Source of the DNA: Ascoidea asiatica JCM 7603
Lineage: Eukaryota; Fungi; Ascomycota
Reading direction: 5' to 3'
Length of the DNA stretch: 64,000 nt
Assembly (NCBI GenBank): GCA_001600695.1
Contig: BCKQ01000002.1
Location: 537,006-601,005 of the forward strand
A program made the position numbers and the translations under genes. Below the pieces are notes generated by a model. The model was not told the origin of the DNA, did no database searches, and worked only from the letters and a program-made list of their open reading frames with translations. The number at the start of each line of letters is the position of its first letter. The stretch's first letter is position 1. This document shows, in pieces, positions 11,839 through 23,300 of the stretch.

Positions 11839-13647
11839 TTATTTGTCTTTAGACATTTCTGATATTCCCAAACTATTCGATTCTTTCTCCATCTTATTGG
11901 TTCTATGAGCTTGGTCATGAACTTTTTGAATGGCATAAAACCAAAATATGGCCCATTCAATAATGGTGTCAAGCAGAGATATCAACAAAAAAATTCTTCT
12001 AAGATTCCAAATTATACGTATTCTTAAAAAAACTAAAAAATGTTTGAAAAAATGAGAAACTTCAGCGATTTTATAACGATTTGAAAATCCAAGTTCAAAA
12101 ATAATCGTAGATGCTGCCTTTTGTAAAGATTTAGATACAATTAAACCTTTTAGAAAATTCAATGAAATATCAATTATTTCCATCATAAAATTATAGAAAA
12201 CTTTATGATAATTGATTATGAGTTCGAACAAAATAAAAAAAGTAAAATATACAATAGGAAATAAAACTAATAAAGCGGATCCTAAAGCCAAAGTAAAAAG
12301 ATTATTCTTGTATTCTTTGAATTGATATTTAGAAACTTTTTGCATAAACTGAAACGTTTTAAAGTCAGACTTTGATTTTAAGAACTTTTGATTTTTACCT
12401 ATTGAGTACGAATTAATTATGAAGTAATATGATTTTATAAAACATACTGGATACGTCAAATGAATTAAAGATAATATAGTTTTAGTTATCATTATCGAGA
12501 TCCATTTATTGAGATATGTTTGCTCTATACTGCTTCTGGAAATTTGATTTAACTGAACCAAAACTAAGGATGAAATATATAAAATTGCAAATAAAAACAA
12601 TTTAGTTATTGTAGACAGTATTGCTGTATTTGAAAAATTATTAATTGATTTCAAATTTTCAAACCAAGTTAAATATCCAAAGGATAAAATTATTTTGAAA
12701 GAATTAATAATTATATAATGTATTTGACCAGGAAAATAATTGAATATAAAATTTTGTATATAATTCAAATCTTCCTTTTCATCCATATATATAATATCAG
12801 GATATAAACAAAGAATAATTCTAATTAAGGAATAAATTAAAAAATAAATTTCAACTATTTTGAGCTGCTTTATAAGAAATTCTTGACTTGGCTTAATTTT
12901 GAAATTCGATATAATGAAGTTTCTGAAAACATTAATCAAAATACAATTAACTATATTTATTAAAGCTTTTTGAAAAATATTCAGAATTGTACTTGGAATC
13001 TTTGAATCTGATTTAGTTGAAGTTAAAATAAATGAAATGTCATCTGAGAGAATTTTATATTTATCTTCAATCCAAAAAGAATCAAAATATAAACAATAAT
13101 TATCATTTTGAGTTAAAAGAAAGTTTTCGGAAAATTGATTTTGAACATTTAAAATTTTATTGAATAATTGATTAGATTGGTCAAAATAATTATAAATTGG
13201 AAATCTATAGAAATTTTGTTCTGAGCAAAGATTATTCCAATTTGATTCTAATTCATCACATATTTTAAAAGAAGTGTTTTTGAAATTCCAGTATGACATT
13301 TCAGTAGTTGGGATATTTGCATTAATTATCTCGTAATTATAAGGAATAAGTAATAAAGGGAGTTGAATATTTTCTATTGTATTATTTTGATTTAAGAAAG
13401 GTTGAAGATCTTCTAGATTAATGGTTAATTGATTTGGATTATTCTTATTTCTACCAATAGAATTAAAAAAACAAAAATTATTTATTGAAAGATTGAATTG
13501 ACTAGATTGAATAAAGTTCTCTTTTGATTTATTTGATATATGGCAAAAAACAAGAATAAAAGTAACTAAGATAAAGGAATACAATTTAAGATATTTAGAG
13601 CTTGAATAAAAAATTAAAGAAATCACTGCTTTTAGAGTCAACCCCAT
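11839..13647 (-). CDS. Divergent multi-pass membrane protein, probably Ptm1/GOST (lung seven-TM) family
   Basis: N-terminal hydrophobic segment, luminal domain with ICDE..LC..F and ..NYCLYF (cf. Ptm1 ICD..C..GYYCV), then about 7 hydrophobic segments including IILSFGY. Confidence 0.5.
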   Translation of the reverse strand: MGLTLKAVISLIFYSSSKYLKLYSFILVTFILVFCHISNKSKENFIQSSQFNLSINNFCFFNSIGRNKNNPNQLTINLEDLQPFLNQNNTIENIQLPLLLIPYNYEIINANIPTTEMSYWNFKNTSFKICDELESNWNNLCSEQNFYRFPIYNYFDQSNQLFNKILNVQNQFSENFLLTQNDNYCLYFDSFWIEDKYKILSDDISFILTSTKSDSKIPSTILNIFQKALINIVNCILINVFRNFIISNFKIKPSQEFLIKQLKIVEIYFLIYSLIRIILCLYPDIIYMDEKEDLNYIQNFIFNYFPGQIHYIIINSFKIILSFGYLTWFENLKSINNFSNTAILSTITKLFLFAILYISSLVLVQLNQISRSSIEQTYLNKWISIMITKTILSLIHLTYPVCFIKSYYFIINSYSIGKNQKFLKSKSDFKTFQFMQKVSKYQFKEYKNNLFTLALGSALLVLFPIVYFTFFILFELIINYHKVFYNFMMEIIDISLNFLKGLIVSKSLQKAASTIIFELGFSNRYKIAEVSHFFKHFLVFLRIRIIWNLRRIFLLISLLDTIIEWAIFWFYAIQKVHDQAHRTNKMEKESNSLGISEMSKDK

Positions 13648-14093
13648 TTTGAAAGTGAATTTGAAATTGATAAAAACTTTAGTTAATTTCTTTATTTTTC
13701 TTCTGATAGTTCTTTAAAAATGTTCAAAGTAATAGTAGATAAATAAATTCTGGAAAATTGTTTAAAAACCTTCTCGGCGCTAAAAAAAATTATTAGCAAT
13801 GGGAGCTGTAGCAGATTACAAGTATTTAGATATATATATAACGCTAATATATATATATTTAGTTAATTTCAATATACTCAAAATTCTTACTGTATACTTT
13901 GTACCCAGGCTAAATCTACAAACTCTCTAGCGCATGGATATTAGTATTAAGCATTCTAGGAAAATTAACTCATGAAATTAAAAATAATGAACCATTTCTT
14001 GCTACCACATCTTGAATAACCCATTTTATTGAATATACATTGAAACACATATCTTATATTAGTAAAATCGACTTATAAGAAAAAGCAAAAAAA

Positions 14094-14633
14094 TCATTCT
14101 GGGGATGATTTGGAATATTCTTCAATCAAACATTGACAGAATTCTTCCACTAACTCGTTTTCTTCAAGTCCTAAAGCTCTTAAATTATTCAATTTTTTTA
14201 TTGCAATTTCTTTTCGAATATCTTGATTATATTCATTAGTTAAAGAGGGGTCATTAAATATTTGATATACTATTATTAAGTGAATTTGAAGCTGTGGCAT
14301 TTTGAGAAAATATTGAATTTTAGGATTACTTAGAATGGACTGATATTTTTTAGGTAGCGTAGATATGCTCTTTTCAGAAATTTTATTGCTCAGATCTACT
14401 TCTTTTTCTAATTTTTTTACTGTATAAGCTTCTTTCAGATTTTCTTTTGTTTCTTCTTTAAATTCCTGAGCTTTTCCTGAAGTAGGGTCATTTCCTGAGT
14501 TCTCAATAATAGTAGTATGAATATGAGCTGGTGATTTGAAGCATTTTAAAGAGCAGTATGGTATAAGGCAAGTTGGACATTTGTATTTAGAAATATTTTT
14601 CTGGCATATAAAGCATTTACTAGGAGCAGCCAT
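14094..14633 (-). CDS. HIT1: zf-HIT protein, box C/D snoRNP assembly factor Hit1
   Basis: CFIC..KYKCPTCLIPYCSLKCFK..H zinc finger and C-terminal LNNLR..G..ENELVEEFC. Confidence 0.88.
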   Translation of the reverse strand: MAAPSKCFICQKNISKYKCPTCLIPYCSLKCFKSPAHIHTTIIENSGNDPTSGKAQEFKEETKENLKEAYTVKKLEKEVDLSNKISEKSISTLPKKYQSILSNPKIQYFLKMPQLQIHLIIVYQIFNDPSLTNEYNQDIRKEIAIKKLNNLRALGLEENELVEEFCQCLIEEYSKSSPE

Positions 14634-15101
14634 AATGAAATTATTGAAAACTTAACCAAGGCAGTTTGAAAAAATAAACTAACTACTTGATTGTTTATCG
14701 TTCTATCTATCCATTAAGTCATGTAAAGATCATAAAATTGGTACCATTAAATCTTTGAGTGCAATTAGGAATTAAATTCTGATGTTGTGAAGAATTTGGA
14801 TAAGGCCCAGAAAGGTGGTTTCAACAATAAATTAGTGAAACCTTACGTAATCCAGTAATGTGATTATGGGTCTCAAGCTCTCAAATTTATTGAACCGAGA
14901 GTTTGGTCTTAAATATTTTAAAGTTAATTTTAAAATTGCGTATGCTCAATGGAAAGTTGCTAAGTAACTATTTTTGCCTCTACTGGAAAATAACAATCCA
15001 TTTCATCAATTATTATTACTCATTTATTTGAAGAAAAATTAACTCAATTTAATTTCATTTCATTATAAAAATACAATAATTTAAACTATAACTCTGGTGG
15101 T

Positions 15102-17609
15102 ATGAAAACTTTCGAGGAATATTTAAAAGCTGTGTCGCCTCCAACTGTTGGTACTACTGTTTTCAAAGATGACTGTTTATATTGCTTTCAAGATCCTGAA
15201 TCAAAGAATGGCTTAAATATATGCACTCATTGTTATAAATCATTTTGTCCTTTTGATCCAGAAGATAAATTAAACTCCAATCATACGTATTTGCATAATA
15301 CTTTAACAGGTCACTCTCTTTTTTTAAATGTTTCTGAAATTTTCAATTCTACGAAAAACAAAAAAATAGAAGAAGAAAGACGAACAAAAATGGCTAAACT
15401 TGAAATTAAAGAAAGATCTAAAGAGGATCTATTTGATACTGTTTTTAGTTTATTTGATATAAATTCAAAAGAAGATTCTGTTATTTTACCCATAAAAAAA
15501 ATTGATGGGCTTTATTCTTTCCAAGAGCCTTCTATGATCAATGACAGTGTTACTAATACTATTATAGGTATTTTAAATTCTAAATCATCCGCTTTAGATC
15601 AAGAACTTGAGTCTTGGGAACAGGAAATTTTTGCTTGCAAACACTCAGAAAAATTTCAAAATGAACAAATCTCGTCAAAAAAATCCCCTGAAGATTATAA
15701 ATGTTCTAAATGTGACTTAGAAGAGAATCTCTGGTTATGTGTTGATTGTGGTGAACTTGGTTGTGGTAGACAACAAATTGGTGGATTGAAAGGTAATACC
15801 CATGCTTTGGCACATTTCAATGATACCGGTCATCCAATTGCAATAAAAATCGGGTCAATATCTTTAATGGATTCTAAAGCTGATTGCTATTGTTATTCAT
15901 GCAATGATGAAATCAAACTTTCAAATCTTTCATCCATTTTGAATCTTTATGGCATTGATCACAAATTTTTGAGTTCAATTAAACAAGAAAAAACTTTAAC
16001 TGAATTGAATATTGAACAGAACATAAATTGGAGTTTTAATATGCAATCTGAAAAGGGAGAGGTTTTAAAGCCATTGTTTGGCCCTGGCCTTACTGGGTTG
16101 AAAAATTTGGGAAATTCTTGTTATATTTCTTCTGTTATTCAAGCATTGTTTGATCTCCCAGCTTTCAAAGACTATTTTTTTGAAAAGGATTTTCTCTCTG
16201 TAAAGAACCCTCTTGAAAGTGACCCTTCGATGAATTTGAAACTTCAGTTAATTAAATTAGCAAATGGTCTTTTGAGTGGAAAATACTCAAAACCTAATAA
16301 AAGAACATTAGATGAAATAAAATTTCAACATGGTTTAAAGCTTTCTTCCTTCAAAAGATTTGTTGGGTCAAAAAATCGAGATTTCAACTCAATGAAACAA
16401 CAAGATGCATTTGAGTTTTTGTTATTTTTATTAGATCTCATCAAAATTTTTTATTACTCTGATGAGTTGCAGATAGATAATACTAAGGAAAATCTAACAG
16501 ATATCTTCAGCTTTATAATGGAGACAAAATTGATTTGTACTGCCTGCAACAAATTTAAATTTATAAGGGAATTGACAAACTACTTATCTTTACCTTTGGA
16601 AGCTAAAGTGAAAGAAATTGATAAAGATAACAAAAAACATTATGAAAAATATGATATAATGAATTCCTTTAAAAAAATTTTAGGTAATGAAAATGAAGAA
16701 AAACTAGAATTAACTTGTGATAATTGTAAAGCTAAAACATCATTTATGAAAGAATGTAAGCTAAGAACATCTCCTGACGTTTTAATCATTAATCCTCAAA
16801 GAATTATATTAGAAAATTGGAATCCAGTAAAATCAAATGTCCCTTTAATTCTTCCTGAAGAATTAGATTTAAATGACTACATTTCAAAAACAAATTTATC
16901 AGATTTCAAGAAAGAAGATCTTTTACCCGAAGAGGATTCAAACAGCGATAATAATGATTTTGTTCCTAATTCAGATGTCATGTTATCTTTACTCTCAATG
17001 GGATTTCCTGAAAATAGATGCGTCAAAGCTTTGTATAATGTTGATAATTCAAGTAACCCCGAAGATGCAATGAATTGGTTGTTTGCAAATTTGGAAGACC
17101 CAACTATTGATAACCCTTTGATTATCAAAAAAATCGATTCTAAAATAAAGGAACCTACTTCAGATCAACTTTCTGCGTTAATGGACATGGGGTTTTCTCG
17201 TGCTGTTTCTAGAAAGGCATTAATATTAAATGATTATAATGCTGAACGAGCAGTTTCTTGGGTATTTGAGAATCCTGATGATGATGGAGTTTTGACAGAA
17301 AAAACGACTAATGCTAAAAGTGCTATACCTTCTATGAAAGAAGAAATTGAGGTCATTTTAAAAAAGGATACTCTGAAAGATAATTTATATTCCTTGAAAT
17401 CGGTCATTTGTCATAAAGGTAACTCTACTCAAACGGGACATTATGTCTGCTTTGTAAAAAAAATGGTAGATAATAAAGTTTCTTGGGTACTTTTCAATGA
17501 TGAAAAAGTTGTCTTAGCAGACTATGAAACCAACATTAACGAAATTTTAAGTAATGGATATGTATACTTATATGTTAAAAAGGGGTCAATTCAAGATATA
17601 GTTATTTAG
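15102..17609 (+). CDS. UBP14: Ubiquitin-specific protease 14 (isopeptidase T)
   Basis: ZnF-UBP (CSKCDLEENLWLC..GCGRQQ), Cys box GLKNLGNSCY, two UBA domains (MGF) and His box CHKG..GHY. Confidence 0.95.
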   Translation: MKTFEEYLKAVSPPTVGTTVFKDDCLYCFQDPESKNGLNICTHCYKSFCPFDPEDKLNSNHTYLHNTLTGHSLFLNVSEIFNSTKNKKIEEERRTKMAKLEIKERSKEDLFDTVFSLFDINSKEDSVILPIKKIDGLYSFQEPSMINDSVTNTIIGILNSKSSALDQELESWEQEIFACKHSEKFQNEQISSKKSPEDYKCSKCDLEENLWLCVDCGELGCGRQQIGGLKGNTHALAHFNDTGHPIAIKIGSISLMDSKADCYCYSCNDEIKLSNLSSILNLYGIDHKFLSSIKQEKTLTELNIEQNINWSFNMQSEKGEVLKPLFGPGLTGLKNLGNSCYISSVIQALFDLPAFKDYFFEKDFLSVKNPLESDPSMNLKLQLIKLANGLLSGKYSKPNKRTLDEIKFQHGLKLSSFKRFVGSKNRDFNSMKQQDAFEFLLFLLDLIKIFYYSDELQIDNTKENLTDIFSFIMETKLICTACNKFKFIRELTNYLSLPLEAKVKEIDKDNKKHYEKYDIMNSFKKILGNENEEKLELTCDNCKAKTSFMKECKLRTSPDVLIINPQRIILENWNPVKSNVPLILPEELDLNDYISKTNLSDFKKEDLLPEEDSNSDNNDFVPNSDVMLSLLSMGFPENRCVKALYNVDNSSNPEDAMNWLFANLEDPTIDNPLIIKKIDSKIKEPTSDQLSALMDMGFSRAVSRKALILNDYNAERAVSWVFENPDDDGVLTEKTTNAKSAIPSMKEEIEVILKKDTLKDNLYSLKSVICHKGNSTQTGHYVCFVKKMVDNKVSWVLFNDEKVVLADYETNINEILSNGYVYLYVKKGSIQDIVI

Positions 17610-17699
17610 AAATGATTGTGAAAAATAAAAAATCTTCTATAATATTTTATATTTTTATATTTTAATAATGGTTGATTATATATTTTAATCTAGTATAAT

Positions 17700-18797
17700 T
17701 CAAAATTCAAGACTAGTCTTTGAAACAATCTCTTTTTTTGCTCTTTGACGTCTAACTCTATTCCATAAAGTTATATTATCATCCAAAATAAAGTCAACAA
17801 GAACCTTAGGCCAACTTGTATGTTTTGGAAGTGGCTCATAAAATTCATTTGCAATTCTATTTAATTCAAAAAGCTTAGACCATGCAATATACGGGAAATC
17901 ATGATGTTCATTGTGTAGACCAACATTCCATGCAAAAATATTCAAAATACCATAATATGAATAAGTTTCTGGAGGCAAAAAGTCATTTTTTTCAAAATCT
18001 TTGAAATTATAATGTTCTGGGGGTTGCATTATATAATGTTCAGCAATAAAATGGCCAGCTAATGGTTGTAAAGAACCTGCCAAGAAAGAAGAGAACATGA
18101 GGTATAATAATGACATTTTTCCCCAGTAAGTAACAATAAAGTAATCAACTATTACTTGAACCATAACATTTACTAAATGAATATAAGTGAAATCAATAGA
18201 AGTAATACACATAGGTCTGAAAGCATAAAATAAAATTTGAAAAGTAGCAAAGAAAATTTTTCCAGCTACATTAGATAGAAACAATGCTTCAAATCTTGTT
18301 GGTAGATCAGTGTCATATTTATCATCTCCCAAAAACTTATGATGTAATTGATGATATGGTTTAAAAGAAGCAGAATAAGGAATACCAATAGCTAAATTTG
18401 CAAAGATTGCATATAACTTATTATATAAAGGCTTTTTGAAACCAAGATTATGAGATAATTCATGAATCGCTAGGAAGCAATTTGTATTTGCAGTTGCGCC
18501 AACGATATAACTAATTAAAAAAAACTTCCATGAGAAAAAGCTTGTTTTTCTTAAATAATATGCAATTGAAAATTGTAATGTGATTACACAAAAAATTATA
18601 TATTTAGTTAAAGGTTCTGGTCCCATCAATTTTGATACTTGTGGATATTTTTTCAATATCTGTTTTCTTCGAATAGAGTGTGGTTCTTTTATGTTTGTCC
18701 AGTAGAATTCATTTAGATGTTCCATATTTTCTTTATTGGTTGCAGGATTTTCAACGTGAATTGATTTATTTGATTCTTTGTGCAATATTGATGACAT
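17700..18797 (-). CDS. DES1: Sphingolipid delta-4 desaturase / C4-hydroxylase
   Basis: EPHSIRRKQIL N-terminus and His boxes HELSH, HQLHH, HNEHH; ETYSYYG. Confidence 0.95.
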   Translation of the reverse strand: MSSILHKESNKSIHVENPATNKENMEHLNEFYWTNIKEPHSIRRKQILKKYPQVSKLMGPEPLTKYIIFCVITLQFSIAYYLRKTSFFSWKFFLISYIVGATANTNCFLAIHELSHNLGFKKPLYNKLYAIFANLAIGIPYSASFKPYHQLHHKFLGDDKYDTDLPTRFEALFLSNVAGKIFFATFQILFYAFRPMCITSIDFTYIHLVNVMVQVIVDYFIVTYWGKMSLLYLMFSSFLAGSLQPLAGHFIAEHYIMQPPEHYNFKDFEKNDFLPPETYSYYGILNIFAWNVGLHNEHHDFPYIAWSKLFELNRIANEFYEPLPKHTSWPKVLVDFILDDNITLWNRVRRQRAKKEIVSKTSLEF

Positions 18798-18935
18798 TTT
18801 GAGAGTATGCTTATATATTAAAGGCTAAGTAATAGAATGCTCTTTTTAGCATTTATTATTTTAGATATTATGCTTTCTTTTATAAACCAGATTAATTTTC
18901 TAGCATTCAATTGAAATAATCTTCTTTTAATTAAT

Positions 18936-18943
18936 CTAAACGA
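18936..18943 (-). promoter_or_regulatory. Upc2/Ecm22-type element TCGTTTAG upstream of DES1
   Basis: CTAAACGA on the + strand, about 140 nt upstream of the DES1 ATG. A second TCGTTTA lies at 19471. Confidence 0.4.
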
Positions 18944-20302
18944 AAACTTACAATAGATAAAACTTTCAATAATTTAAAGAGAAATTGGAAGATTTTAAAG
19001 TCGAATGATATTACAAAATTCGAATTACTTGAGTAAAAACTTTAGATTTTCATTATTCATTAATCTCGCTACATGCACCCAGTATTCGATTAACAAATAA
19101 ATCAATATTCTCATGAATCTACCGTACCTTAAATGAAAAATATATCACCTTCTTACTTATTTACATCCGAGTATTGATATTACAGGCTGAGTTTCTAAGT
19201 AAAACCGGTAATCGATTAAACTTATTTCCTTTTAAGTAGTATAATTTTTCATAAAGAAATTTAAAAGAAATTTTTGCAATATAATTTCCACATTCAGCTT
19301 AAAAGTAGTAGTCACATGACTGATAAACTAATTTGAACTGGAAAAGTTGAAACGTTTTCAAAAATATACCTGGATTGGTAGTTTTTAAACCGGTTTATAC
19401 GGTGTCTAGTGTTATTGAACTTTGAAGGAATCCTCGGAAGTGGGTAAAACAAATCCAGGTAGGAAAGGTTTCGTTTAAAAGAAACTTGTTGCTGCAATGA
19501 AATTCTTTCTAGAGTGGTAGGAGTAACACATTGGGTACCGTGCATATTACAGCTGTATCCAATTTTGGGAATATGGTAATGTAAGGAATGTCACGAGACT
19601 TTAGGAGGTCTAGAAATAAAGGTTTCAAAAACATTGGACACCCCAATAATTAATAAAAGAACTACATATCTATTCCAGTGCGTCACGTGCTTTTTCTAAT
19701 TCCAATGAAAGCGGAGTTAACAGTAACTTTTTTCAGTTACTAAGCTCTGTAGGAGTGGAAGGAGTCTATGAGGGAGAGCGAGCGTATTTCCACAGTCATA
19801 TTTGGAGGAAATGACATTCAACTAAGGAAAGTATTGTAATTCACTTTTCGAAAAAACATTTTTAAACAGTAGCTATACAAATTTTATAGTAAAATATATC
19901 CTGGTTAAAAAGGTATTAACGTGCATTAAATCAGTTATTCAATATATTATTGAAGTATACATTCTTATTTAACAAACTTTTGCTAGCAATGCTGAAATTG
20001 AGTAATAAATAATTTGAAAAAGTTTCTCTATTTGAATGACGGTGTACGCCATAGCGATAAAAATCTAGTTAGAAATTGCTGGTGCTCTTCAGAATTTTCG
20101 TGATCCTATTCCTTATCTATCTTGTATTTTTACAGTAAAACACTGTTACGACTTCACATCTGAATTTTACATTACTCACTTTATCATTTCTTGTTGATAT
20201 AAATATCAAATATATTATATAGATCAAAATTTAATTATAAATTACTTTCATTATAAAAGCACAACTTCTGATCTAGACATTATCCATCCCTTTACTTTTT
20301 CA

Positions 20303-23300
20303 ATGAATAGTAACGGTAATAATCAATCCAATGTATATTCAATTCATTCTCAACTGTTGAATGGCTCTGCAAAAATTCCTCCTGCTCAGCTTCATCAACA
20401 ACCATTAATTCAAACACAACAAGGTCATGGCACTACTGTTCAAGATAATAAGACTGTGAATGGTGTTCAAACTCTGCAAGTGCAACAACAAAATCATCAG
20501 CTTCAACAAAATCATCAACTGCAACAAAATCAACAATCGCAAAATCAGGTACATCCTCCTCAATTACAGCAACAGCTACAACCAACACAACCAAGAGAAC
20601 AAACTGGTTTCAGAACTTTAAATTTTGATGATGCGATTCTTTATCTTGATCAAGTTAAGCAACAATTTCAAGATCAGCCTGATATCTATAATAGCTTTCT
20701 TGATATAATGAAAGATTTTAAATTTCAAACTATTGATACACCTGGGGTTATCAATAGAGTTTCTTCTTTATTCCATGGTCACCCTAATCTTATTCAAGGT
20801 TTTAATGCATTTTTACCTTTTGGATATAAAATCGAGTGTTCATCTGACCCTTTAGACCCAAATCCTATAAGAGTTACTACTCCTAGAGGCTCGGTTTCCA
20901 GACCTGATATTCCGATATACCATCCTCCTTCACTAACTGTGAACTCATCATTATCTCTTGACAATACTTCAGTATTCTCTGAAAATGGGAATCCTTTATC
21001 TCAAACTCCAACTAATCCAATCTCAAATGCTTCTTTTGGTGCTAATGCTGGAAGCTTATCCTTACAGCAATTTCAACAGTATCCTAGGATTGAATCTCAA
21101 AATTTCAATCCAGAATTATCTAAGGATATGATTGCTCAATCTCAGCCTCAAATGAATGATGCTATTACTTATGTCAATAAAATTAAGGTTCGTTTTGCAA
21201 ATCAACCTGAATATTATAAAAGATTTTTAGAAATTCTACAAACTTATCAAAAAGAACAAAGACCTATTGAAGATATATATTCCGAGGTTACTAGATTATT
21301 ATCAGATACTCCAGATTTATTAGAAGATTTCAAAAAATTTATTCCTGAAACTGATCCATCCGAAAATATTAGTTATAAAAATTCTAATATGCAAATCCAC
21401 TCTCAACCTTCATTATATTCTTCGGTCAGTAAAAACTATTCAATAAATGGAGGACCTGTAACACCAAGCCATAATGGGCTTGAACTTCCTCCAGTGGGAA
21501 ATTTCCCTCCTCCATCTAGTCATAAGAGAACCATGCCAATCAATGTGATACCTCAAAATCTGGATAATGGAAATGAAATTATTATCTCAAATGAAAGAGA
21601 AGCACTTCCTTCATCTCCTCAAACCTTTAACGTCCAAGTAATAAGGGAAGAATCTTCTTCTATTGAAGAACCATTAACTGAGGAAATTGAATATTTTTCA
21701 AGAATCAAAAAATTTATAAATAACAAAATTGGCTACAATAATTTTTTAAGGTTGGTTGGTTATTATAATGATGATTTAATTGATATTGAAACTCTTTTTG
21801 ATAGAGTTCATACTTATATTGGAAAACAACCGGTACTATTTAGTTGGTTCAAATCATTTATTAAACCATTAGAAAAATCTAATCCAGAAAAAAAATTACT
21901 GACAGATAATCAAAATAAGAAACAAACAATCATTTCTAATGTTCCCTTGAATCCTGAGAAACTCAAAAGAACTTTATACGAGCATGTTACGCCTAGTTAT
22001 GTCAAATGCCCTGAAGCAGAACAAATTAACTATAATAATAATCGAGACAATATGTGTCGTGAAGTTTTAAATGAAAAGTATATCTTAACTCCTAACTATC
22101 TCTGGGAAGATGAGCACAAAAGCAAATCTTTTCTAATTAACTCCTCAAAGAATTCCTTTTCAAATAAATATGAAAATATTTTACAAGAAATAGAGGAAGA
22201 GCGTCATTCATACGATTATTGGATGGAAACTAGCTTGAAAACATACCAAACTTTGGAAAATATTGGTCATAGAATATCAGCAATGTCGCCAAGTGCTAAA
22301 TCTCGATTCAAAATACCTAATGATGCTTTGTCTAAATCAATAAACAAAAAAATAATTCAGAAATTATATAAAGATAAAGAAGTAAGTGATAGAATTTTAA
22401 GGGGGTTATATGAGACTCCTGCATTTATTATTCCCATAATTCTCAAGAAATTGAAGCAAAAAGAAGATGAATGGAAGTCCTTGTATAGAGACTGGAATAA
22501 GATCTGGAATGAACAAGAGAGACTATACTATAAAAAAAGCTTCGATGTATTGGGTGAAAATTTTAAAGAAAAAGAGAAAAAATTGCTTCTTAATGATTTT
22601 CTTTTAGATCAAATCGTCGAAGAAAAAAAACGGTTAAACTCTCTGGCGACTGTGAATCCATATTTCTCAAGTTTTATCAATTTGGGAAATAAGTTATCTA
22701 ATTCATATTCTCACTTAAAAATGGGAGTATCTGATTTATTCGGAGAAGACTATAGGCCTTTAGTGTTGTTACAGACAATTTTCTCATTATATTTAAAAAA
22801 GGATTTAATTTTACTAAATGACCCAGATGAAGAAGGAAGTTTGACTGAAGATTTTTTCAAAATGCATACTTTGGTCAATATAAGAAAGAAAAACCAATTT
22901 TCTATCACTGATCACTCTAGGTTGAAAGTTTTTTTTATTGAATTTTTAAAACTTATGTTTAGTTTACCACCGCCTATTTATGAAAATCTTTGTAACTCAT
23001 CTCATGAAAATGATAATGAAACACAAGATGACAAAAATGCAAATACCGTAAGCACGTTAGGTCAAAAACGTCATATGGAAGATTATTCTAACAACGAGTT
23101 GTTGGAATCAGTCTTATGTGTAAAGCCATTGACTAAAAAAATTAATAAGGGACAAAATAATATTTTAAGCAAATTCATTCCAAATTCTAAAAAGGACGAA
23201 GAAAGTTCAAGTGGTTCTATGTCAAATAGTATCAAAGATGATTCTTCTAGTGATTCGTGGATTGAATTAATAGAGACAAGAGAAGAAAGTTCGAGTATGA

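Noticed and set aside
19311-19320. GTCACATGAC as point-centromere CDEI
   Set aside because: No long AT-rich CDEII or CDEIII follows; more likely an ordinary bHLH site.
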